From Tubiluchus corallicola (Eukaryota > Animalia > Priapulida), in assembly GCA_030141605.1 (NCBI GenBank), contig JAQGDQ010000315.1, positions 124,001 to 188,000 of the forward strand: a DNA stretch of 64,000 nucleotides, read 5' to 3'. Below, piece by piece: positions 12,910 to 24,238 of the stretch. The stretch's first letter is position 1, and each line of letters opens with the position of its first letter. The position numbers and the translations under genes are program-made. The notes below the pieces were generated by a model that saw only the letters and a program-made list of their open reading frames with translations, did no database searches and had not been told where the DNA came from.

Positions 12910-15900
12910 ATGGTCAGAGAATATGTCAGCGTCGAATGGAGTTTAATAGTGAAACTTCTATTGTTCTCATCGCTAATAGGTGAGTACTTCCGGTAATTAA
13001 TGGACTATGTTCATAGTACAACGATCAAAAAAATAGTTAAAATATAATTAAAATAATAAAACTGTAAAATTAGGTTAAAATTAATAAAAAAATGATACAA
13101 ACGTATACTTATACAATAATACATATATCTATTATATGTATGTATACATACTCATATATTTATAATACATACACACATATACGCTAGTGTGAATGTTATC
13201 ACAGTTGTGAGCTTGGGCCGATCTATAACGTTACGAAAGTTGCCGGTATTAAATTTTAAATGGTTTGCGGGAAGTGATTAATTTCGGTCTAAAATGCTGA
13301 GAAGCGTATCACTATTTTCAAATATAACAAATCGCTTTTTTAACCATTAATTTTGAGATTATATGCCTTCAATGTTAATATAGCTTAATAATCTACAGAA
13401 CTTTTAAACTCAATATAAAAAAGAAAACTGTTGTTGTTTGGACTTAATTAAACTTAATAACGAAATTATAGCTAAATTTAAATTATAAATTTACAGCAAA
13501 TATAATTTTATATTATGGATCCAATTATGTATATCTGTATGTATATTTATATATTGGTTATATATGTAAGCAATATTATAGCAAATTTAATAGTTCAAAT
13601 TAGGGTAAGTGTTCATGTATTGTTCATTTAAAAGGGTCGTTATCATAAACGTATAAAAAATCCAGGCGAGAATCGTACGCAATATTGCGAGAAGTTGGAA
13701 ATATAGGAGATGAACTTTGATTGCAGTCACGTTGATTGTTTTGCAGTCACTTTGATTGCTTGCCATCACTTTGATTGTTTTGCAATCACATTGATTGTTT
13801 TGCAGTCACTTTGATTGTTTTGCAGTCAGTTTGATTGTTTTGGAGTCACTTTGATTGTTTGCAGTCACTTTGATTGTTTGCAGTCACTTTGATTGTTATG
13901 CAGTCATTTTGATTGTTTGCAGTCACTTTGATTGTTATGCAGTCATTTTGATTGTTTGCAGTCACTTTGATTGTTATGCAGTCATTTTGATTGTTTTGCA
14001 GTCACTTTGATTGTTATGCAGTCACTTTGATTGTTTTGCAGTCACTTTGATTGTTATGCAGTCATTTTGATTGTTTTGCAGTCACTTTAATTGTTTTGCA
14101 GTGATCTTTGATTGTTTTGCAGTTGTCCCATCGACTACTGAACCTCGAATGAAAAGGGATCTGGGACTATTTTTCCCCTCAGACGTGGAGTTCGCTTGCC
14201 AGGAGGAAGAAGAGCAAGATTATGTTTTTATAGCTGACAGTGACGATTGTCAAATATACTATCAATGCGTTGATGGGTGGCCAATTAAAATGACATGTCC
14301 AGCTGGTACCAAATGGACACCGAAAGGCGAACACGGCGGAATATGTAAGAATCCACAACTTGCAATAAATGAGCAATGTGGTCACACGCAGCCAGCAATC
14401 CCAGGTAGGGAGAGAGATTTTTTACGTTCCAGGTTTGAATTGTTTAAATGGTTAGTTCAGTGAGCTGTGTACAAAATAGAGCCCAATCTTTTTTCTGCTA
14501 ATTTATAATAATTATAATGGTCATTTAATCAAGTCTCTCTTTTCAATCTACGGACATCAAAGAGGAGGAGTGAAGAAAACGCAGCTGTAAGGTTATCAAA
14601 TTCGACTCGAGCTGTTTATTGGTTGAAGGACTCACTGAACTCGAGATTTCGGATAAAAAAATCTGGCTTCGCCACCAGTTTCGAAATTTCTCTAGTACTT
14701 TCGCTAGCATGTCCGTTGAAAATGATGATATCGCCGCCATCTTGAACTCAACATGGCGGAACGGCAATCTGATTCCGTCAGTCAATACTGAATTGAATTG
14801 ATTGGTTTATTTGTCTCATTTTATATGCATATATACTATTTAGTTACATGCAGTTTATTATAATTGCATTGAGACGGGATGGCGATAGATCGTAATGGGT
14901 TAAAAATCAATGTTTTTGATTTTAATAACATGTTACTTTTTGTGAGTATCTCATATGTGAACGATACATGACCTGAATCATGATCCTATTGTGCAATAGA
15001 GCAAAAGATCATGAATAACTTGTATAAGTACAACAGACACAAGCGGCAAAAAACAAACAAGTTTTGCAATCGATTACTCCTACAACTGTAACTTCAACTC
15101 AGTTTCACACTAGTAACTAAATGTCGATAATCACGATACAACATAAAAAACACACAAACTTTGCAATCGATTACTCCTACACCTACAACTGTAACTTCAA
15201 CTCATTTTCACACTAGTAACTAAATGTCGATAATCACGATACAACATAAAAAAACACACAAACTTTGCAATCGATTACTCCTACAACTGTAACTTCAACT
15301 CAGTTTCACACTAGTAACTAAATGTCGATAATCGCGATATAACATAAAAAAACAAACAAACTTTGCAATCGATTACTCCTACAACTGTAACTTCAATTCA
15401 ATTTCACACTAGTAACTAAATGTCGATAATCACGATTCAACACAAAATAACAAACAAAAAAACTTGCAGAATACTTGCAATAAAAAGCAAACATGATCCT
15501 ATCTATAGATAGAATGAAGAGTAATGCTCAAATACCATACACACAATTCCAAGATGAACATCATCCAATGACAATCACTAACAGCGAGGACTAAACGTTG
15601 TAACTAAATAACGAAATTAACTTGCATAAGTACAATGACACAACAAACGAAAACGTCTAGTATCTGACGTTTCATAACGAATCCATTGCAATTTCGCGCA
15701 ACCTTGGACTTTTTTCACAATCTCATCCCCCCAACAAGAACAACAACATCTGGAAGAGTGAGGAATGGCTCAAATCATTCGAGCATTTGAGGGGTCATGG
15801 GTAAAAGTATCCTAGGCAGAATACACAGCCAGAGTAAAGGCTGTTGGGGGATAATTGTGTAGCAGCTGAAAGTGTTTTTCAGTAAGCATCCCCCTATTCC

Positions 15901-17554
15901 TCGTATAAAATTAATGTGATCTTGGAAAACTTTCAGGCATGTAAAAAGTTTGAAGAAAAACTGACAGTAATTCAATGTCAGGCAGGAATAAATGTAAATA
16001 TTATTTTGTGGCACAATTTTTCATTGACGTACTGACATACGCCACCCTCTACATTCTTCCCCGAGTTACTTAGGCCTGCCTCATTTTATGTACATTTTAG
16101 AAAGAATTTTATTTATGTAATTAGGAACGTGTAATTTATACTTATTCAGTCAATTTTTTCTCATTTTCTCAGTCGGCGTTGATGAGCATTATTTCTGCCC
16201 ATTTCGATGCGACGACGGCAACTGCATAGAACGCATACACGTCTGCAATGGTGTTGATGATTGCCTTGACGCATCTGATGAAGCAAACTGTGGTAAGTGA
16301 TGATGTTGATGATGATGATGATGATGACGGCGACGGCAATGATGATGATGATTCTTATGTGACAACGGTGGCGGTGGCGGTGGTGTCGACGACGACGACA
16401 ACAGCGGCGGTGGCTGTGGTAGTGATGTCAGGCCCAACTGGGTATTGACACAGCTGAAATATGGAAAGACAGTTTTGATTTTAATTTAAATGACTGCGAA
16501 ACGGCAAAATTGCATTTAACAAGAGTGAATATAAATGTTGCAGTTTTCGTCACTGAGTTAGCGAAACATTGGCAGCAATGGTACGTTCACGGTGACTTAA
16601 TCAAGACCTCCCCCCCCCCCCACAATCCCCTGGCATTGCTGCTAGGCTACTTTAACGTTGCATCAACTCAGGGTCATTTTGTCACTGTGAAAATTTGACG
16701 AAGCAGTTGATTTAGAAGCTCTACTAAAACCAGCTTTTGATACTTTAAATCATGAGATAATCTAGATAATCTAAAAGATGAATGAATTATGTTTACCAGC
16801 AATATATATTTGATTAGATAAGAATGCAAGGTTAGCTAAAACCAAGGTACTAATAAAGAAGCTGTTTTAGTGCAGAAATTTGAATCAATTGTTATTAATT
16901 ATTATAACATTTCCTACCAATCCCGAGAAAAGAAGTCAGTTTAAAATTTTATGTACAAAACCAAAAAACGACATCGTATCATTAGGTGGAGCTAACCTCT
17001 AGCCGTTATACTTTGGCATCTGTTTTGAGCAAAGTACTACTTATTCTGCGTACAAAGTGATTATATAGGCGACAGGACTTTTGCAGGAGCAGACCAACCC
17101 CCCCCCCCCCCCCCCACTCATCCTCGCTCTCTTATTCAAACTTGCTGACAATCTAAAATATGTTTTCGATTTGTGTTCATTATGAACATACGCAGGTTCT
17201 TGAACACATCTTTTTAAGCAGTGTTCTTAGTGCAATTTAATTTAACGTATTACACTATATGACATTACTTCACAACTTTACATTACATTACTTCAGTTTA
17301 CGACTTTGTCATAAATGTTGTTTTAGTTGTTATTGTAAGTGCATTGTAATTAGTTTATTATGTTCTCGTAAAAGATGTACTTAGGCAACGTAATTTTATT
17401 GTTGCAAACTTACAGCTGTTTACATGCAGTACTAATATATGATATGATAATATAGATTTTAGGCCACAACAAGGACAACGGCGACAACACGACCAATAAA
17501 AGCAACAGCAGCAGCGACGACAGCAACAACAACAACAATAGCAACAGCAGCAGC

Positions 17555-17588
<34 letters not shown>

Positions 17589-17613
17589 GCAGCAGCAGCA
17601 ACAACAACAACAA

Positions 17614-17674
<61 letters not shown>

Positions 17675-17698
17675 AACAACAACAACAACAACAACAAT

Positions 17699-17729
<31 letters not shown>

Positions 17730-20700
17730 ACAATAATAATAGTAACAACAACAACAGCAGCAGCGACAGCAACAAAAACAGCAGCAGCAGCAACAGCAAC
17801 GACGACAACAACAACAGTAACAAAGCAAAACAACAAGAACAGCAACAGCTGCAGCAGTAGCAGCGACGACGATGATGACAACAATGATACTCGTGTGTTA
17901 TAGACTGCATCCTCCATTTCTAATGTATAGCATTGACAATTCACCTACAAACGTTGACTGCATGAGAAGCACTAGAGGTTCCGCAATCTTAGGTAAACTT
18001 CTGGTACAACAAAGACAACAAATTAAAAGGACTACTCATAAATACTCTTTATTAATATATTACTATTTTCAGCGGATCCTTGCATAATGAGTGGAGTTGG
18101 CGCTAACTGCATGGAGACAGCTGGCTGCCGATGTGTAAGCACAGACATCCCCTTAGGCTTGAACGTGGATGACATTCCACAGATGGTCATGATGACTTGG
18201 GAAGGAGCATTAAGAGTACAAGATTATTTACACTTGTACAGGTAGAGTGGTAAATCCTTTTGGGGTAATTTCAGTTTTTGGATAAATTTTGGTTATTTTA
18301 TGAGTTACTGGTGCGCGTAATATCAAGTGTGTGCGTGCGTGTGAATTGCACGTGCGAGTTATGTGTGCGTGCGTTTGAATTGCACGTGCGAGTTATGTGT
18401 GCGTGTGTGTGAATTGCACGTGCGAGTTATGTGTGTACGAAACTTGTCACGACGGTCTCAAATCTGAGAAACTTGTAATTGTTGTTGTTGTTGTTTGAGA
18501 AGAACTGGATTGATGAACTTCATTTCAGAACAACAAACACTAGAATTTTGCGCTAAACACTACTTGCATATATTACAAAGGTAAATTATAAAGCATGACT
18601 ACACAGAAGTATAACGCATAAATAATTTTAAACTATCAGGCATATTGTGAGTTGGTGATTCGTTATCGACTGCTAGAGGTAGACTACACTTGCCCAGATA
18701 TGAGCAAGTATACGTATGTACAAATTGTAGTGAGAAAAACTTTTGTTTACAATAATTTCGGAGAGGTGGCGGCACCTTCCTTAAACATTAAACTGAGATT
18801 TCAAAACGGGGTTCCTTTGTTTAAATTCACAATGAATTTTGTTAAATCATAGGCAAATATGCATTTTTATTGCTCGCATTTTTTAACATTTAACTCGAGC
18901 AGAATGAATTTGAGTTCTCTGAAGCGTGCCTTTCGTTGAAGAGATTTTAACATTGTCAGCAGTTAAAATACATCCCACATTACGAAACTAGACATAAATT
19001 TTGTTCAAATTGATTTTTAAGAATAAAAGAATTTTTGGTTTGTTTCATTTTGCTTTGAAGCAGTCCATTCTCAGGATCACTTGGCAGAAGAAGCCATTTC
19101 ATATTGTGTATATTATGCAAATAATGCATTTTTACTTGACAAAATGAATAAAGACATCATGGGTGAACAATACATAATTTTAGCTAATATTTATGCAAAG
19201 TCATAAAATTGGTGTAGGCCTAACTTTAGCCGCAAATATTTTTTCAAATATAGTTGGTCTACATTGTACTTTCTAGTCTCCTGTAGTTACTAATGCTTAC
19301 TTAACTTTTCTTCCTTCGCCATACACAGACTATATCAAAAAATGAAAAAAATCTGTATATTAATTACATTTATAGTAGAATTCAGAATTTTATTATTGGC
19401 ATATACATTACATTACAATTACATACATACAACAAAACAACAACAAAATACAAAAATACAAAACATAACTATAACATTATAGCTATAGTAGCCAAAAACA
19501 GGTAACAAATAACAAATATATATAATTTTAGTATAGATACAGTTAGCATATCATGAGAAAATAATAAACAATATTATCAATATTTACGCGTTGGTACTAT
19601 TTATTCCCTTTTAAAACACTTAAAAATGTAATGGGCGACTATTTGGGTTATATCGCAATCGTTACCGGTACAATACATGTATTGTACAAATAGTTTGAAT
19701 ATATTTAATATAGTTTGAAAGTGTTTTCAATATTAATTGTATATGTGGGAGATTTGTTATTAATATGTGTAAAATGATTTAACAGACAAATTCTTAAGGA
19801 TCTTCAACCAAATCGGATGTTTGAGCCACGACTTAATGCAGATGGCGTCTGTCCAATAAGAAACACGTTTTTTGCTATCCATGAGTTTACCAGTTATCAG
19901 TTAATGCAGCATCTTTATGACCAAGGACATGAGATAGCTACACTGTCAATCAGGTAATTTAAAACTAGTAGAATATCATTTCTTGTTGAGAAATTACAGT
20001 AGTTTCAATTATGATGTGTTTGTTATCGTTGTTGACATCAACGAGGATGATGGTTTTTTTATTTATGTATGATTTTTCATTAATAATTAAGCTAATAATG
20101 AATATTTTTGCGTCTTCGAAATAAGAATGGGCAACTTACCAGTCGTCAATTTATCTCACAGCGCCCAACATTTTTCACTTTAATGTAAATTCCGTTTTTT
20201 TTCAGTCACCGTCTTCCTGCAGTATACTGGCGATGGGCGACAGCAGATGATTGGGAGTACGAAATAGATGACCATAGAGATATTATTGATTTGTTAACTG
20301 ACATCGATCCAGCCGAAATTCAAGGTATGAGGGCGCCATATTTACAGAACGGTGGAAACAATCAGTTTGACATGTTATCGACGACCAACTTTCTTTGGGA
20401 TAACTCGCTGCCGTCAACACTTAATGACCCTCCCATCTGGCCTTACACGCTAGATTACCATATCGATGACGATTGTGTCATTCCACCTTGTCCGACCGCA
20501 AGCTTTCCAGGAGTGTGGGAAATACCAATGGTGGATTACTTTAATGTAACTGGAACATTCTGCAATAGTGTGCACAACTGTGGACTACAGCAAACTGCAG
20601 CAGAGGTAACACAGTTTTTGTTGGACAACTTTAATCGTCATTATGAAAGCAACAAAGCACTGTTTCCTCTCCATCTCCGTCCGATGTACTTCTACGACAT

Positions 20701-21040
20701 ACCTTTCGCCATAAAAGGCATTCAAGATTTTCTTGATATCGTGACCGGTCCAGGTTTCGAGGATGTTTATTTTGTAACTGGTACGCAAGCTGTTGAGTGG
20801 ATGGAAAATCCTAAAACTGTCACTGAGATAACGTCTGGTGATATACCAGGACCTTCATGGGATTGTAGCGGATTTCCGATGAGCAATACGTGTGAAGATC
20901 CGAATATCTGCACTTACAATATAACGGAAGTTCTTGAGGTTTATCCGGGCCTGTTCAGATGGGTGGTTACCTGCAAGGATTGTCCGCCACATTATCCAAG
21001 AGTTCATGACCCAACAGGGATGAGTCCTGATAAAAAATAA
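12910..21040 (+). CDS. Secreted chitin deacetylase-like protein (signal peptide + CBM14 + LDLa + CE4 domain; Serpentine/Vermiform architecture), 547 or 554 aa
   Basis: Exons 12910-12979, 14123 (or 14102)-14404 (six-Cys CBM14), 16173-16292 (LDLa, CDDGNCI...[16 protein letters not shown]), 18073-18241 ([10 protein letters not shown]), 19786-19953 (CPIRNTFF...GHEIAT), 20206-21040 ([22 protein letters not shown]). All GT-AG and phase-consistent; total 1644 nt using the 14123 acceptor. Confidence 0.92.
13714..14122 (+). repeat. 19-21 bp minisatellite (~20 copies) running into the exon-2 acceptor
   Basis: Unit cactttgattgttttgcagt; nearly every unit carries tgcag. Confidence 0.95.
15048..15480. 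repeat. ~98-bp tandem repeat, ~4.3 copies
   Basis: ttgcaatcgattactcctacaactgtaacttcaac... recurs at 15064, 15161, 15265 and 15363. Confidence 0.92.
17463..17885. repeat. Compound (CAA)n/(CAG)n microsatellite in intron 3 of the deacetylase-like gene
   Basis: Direct reading; source of the spurious poly-C, poly-L and poly-V ORFs. Confidence 0.95.
18326..18436. repeat. ~36-bp tandem repeat x3
   Basis: tgaattgcacgtgcgagttatgtgtgcgtg... repeated. Confidence 0.85.
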
Positions 21041-22020
21041 AATATGCCGATGGTAGTCATTTCACACCGAGTTGTCGCTGTGTGACCAGGGTGCCATAGG
21101 TATTTTGTCACGTTGACGTCACATGGATGATATTTCACCACATGGGTTTCCATTGAGTCACAATCCAACTTCAAAATCGATGTTATCATGTGCTAGGCAG
21201 TGGTGCTAGGCATTCACAGCAACAACTCTGCCCTTATTAAATTCAATCAAAATATAGACCTACTTACCCAGGCAGCACACTATATTGTCACCATATGGTT
21301 AGAATCTTGACAAAATTACGTTCAGAAATTATTGTCACCGAGTTGTGCAGTATAGGATATTTTTGTCTAATACTGGTACATCATTAGACCTATATGGTCG
21401 TCCAATATTAGAGACACATAAGCACAAGTCCAACTTTCGATACGGTATTCGTATTGGCAAAAATATTGTGACAACATTGGTACAATATTGTCCTGCTGAC
21501 TTTGTAACCATAATATTTGTCCATGCTTATCAGTTTCTTTATTATATGAAATAATCATAAAGAAAAAATAATGAAAATAATAATAATGTAATAGCTTGTT
21601 TAATTTCCACAATTTACACGAGAAATTGTAAAGAGTGAAAAATTGTAAATACCGTAGATAAGTTCATTATTTCTATAATTCGCTCGTAGTCCTTTTAAGT
21701 ACATTTACTTAAACTTGAAGTTACACAAATTCATTACATCAATTTTCATTAAAAGCCAGTATCGGCTGTTGATCTAAATTGCCGTCTATTGCTTTACTAC
21801 GGTTCTGCAATTATTGCTAATCTTCTGACCACATACTGGCCTGTACGCATAAGGATTGTTCAATTTTGCGATGACTTTTAAAATCTGATAAGCTTAGCGC
21901 TTTTTACAGTTTATATAATTTTATGATTTTAAGAATGATTATAATTTTATAATGACTGTATATGTAATTGTAAATTCTAACTTTTTAATTATAAACGGCA
22001 TCGAAACCTACAAATAATGA

Positions 22021-22160
<140 letters not shown>

Positions 22161-22699
22161 CTCTGACTGTTTAACGTGCAGTTATGAAATTATAGAATCC
22201 ATATGATAAACAAACAACCTACAAAAGGTATTGTACTTTTAACTTTTTTTCGTAATTTCTTAAGGTGTATTGTTATCATGTGCAGCAATTGTTTATGTAT
22301 TGTGTTTTAACGTAATTATATTGCCAACCATGTATGACAATTGTAACTAAAAGTCGGGCACTAAACATTTATTAATTGTATTTATTGATTTATTCATTTG
22401 TACAGGAAAAACGACATTAAACCTGGTTTAGTAAAATACAATTAAAATTCAAAATCTGAGTTAGCAATGATTGTATTAAAATTCTTAGAATGGAATAAAA
22501 CTTTCAACCTATTTAGACTAGCCTTAGCGTGTTTAGATCGATATTCATATCGCTTCGTAGCTCGTCAGAGCAAATGTCCGTTAGGCCATGGATTGCTGGA
22601 CAAACAGACGGATGGATGGATACATGAGTAAGTAGGTGATTGGTTGGATGGATGGACGGGTGGAAAGACGGATGGTATGAATGGTTAGGCAGGTAACTA

Positions 22700-22935
<236 letters not shown>

Positions 22936-24238
22936 AGGTCGCACAATCAAGCTCCAATTCCACAACATCAACTCAAACTTACATATATATATATATATAC
23001 ATACACATGTAGATTGTGCGACCTACTGGAAATAATTTTCGGGTCGTTAACCGTAAGACATTTGCACATAACTCGAAGTGAAAGTGTTAAAGTTTAAACT
23101 TATATACATAACTATTTTCTTTCACACCACGTCAGTAGGATCAGCGTCAAGCATAACGGCAATCATTCTCGTTGACTGCCCAATCAGTGCGCATGATTTT
23201 TTTCACACCCCTGCAGAGCTTACTTAACTGCAGTTCTTTCAGTACATTTAGCTGCAACTGTTATCAAAAATGCTCATCTTTTCATTAGTTAGCTGGAGAA
23301 AGATTGGCCTGGTTCTAGATTTTATTATTGTCGATTGAAATTGCAATTTAGTGAAAATATATAGAGTAGTTTTATATATTATAGGAAGTGATTAACACTG
23401 AAAGAGAACATAATATGTTATTATAGACAAAATGTGTCTTGTGTAATGAACTAAAGTAAGACAGCCAGATTAATTCATTCTGGACTAACATCCGTTCAAC
23501 TGAAAGTTCGGTACCTGAATTAGAACAATTGGTAGGTAAAATCTTTGCCTGATTATGATGACCTCGTACCCAATGCTTCCTGTGCGATGGCTTCTGTATT
23601 GCTAAAAAATTTGAGACAGTGAACAGCCTTAACTGTATATCAGCCTGCTATGTGGCAGTCACGGCCGTACAGTTAGGATTTGTGAAGTAGTAAGCATTTA
23701 GCAATATTAGCAGAGTTTAGCGTCATTAGCATGATTATTATGGATTTGTGAAATAGTAAGCATTTAGCAATATTAGCAGAGTTTAGCGTCATTAGCATGA
23801 TTATTGTGGCTGAGCATTTCCTACCGGAAAGTAATTTTGATACAAGACGAATTTGCGACTTTCGAACTCCATAGCAAATTTCAGTATTTTCGAATCTGAA
23901 TTGAACTTGAACTTGGTTTTAAAGATTTAAAGGTTTTAAAGAATGGTCTAACAAATAAATATAACGTTTGATTTGGAGCAGACAGCTTTGCTAAAGGCAG
24001 AAAAAGAGCAAACAAATTTCGATATTGAATGGGTAAAATATTAATTTGCCTAACTTCACTTGATTTGATATAGAAAATAAAACACACCCGAAATGAAACG
24101 AAACGCGCCTGCAGCATCAGCTTCTTGCAGGAACTAGCGCAGAAGTCGCACGAGGCGCTTTGTATCGTACACGAAAAAATTTGATTATAGATAATCTAAT
24201 ACTTATTTTTACCGCTAAAGTTCTTGATTTTGTCTAAA

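Noticed and set aside
13714-15480. CRISPR-like arrays
   Set aside because: Head-to-tail repeats with no unique spacers, eukaryotic intronic context, and no cas genes.
17358-17944. Poly-Cys, poly-Leu and poly-Val ORFs
   Set aside because: Antisense translations of a trinucleotide microsatellite.
21267-21500. CCCAG-terminated MITE downstream of the deacetylase gene
   Set aside because: The right terminus is too degenerate and there is no second copy in the window to confirm it.
24224-24238. TTG start for CCT3 given in the ORF track
   Set aside because: Eukaryotic gene; ATG 24239 gives the expected N-terminus and length.
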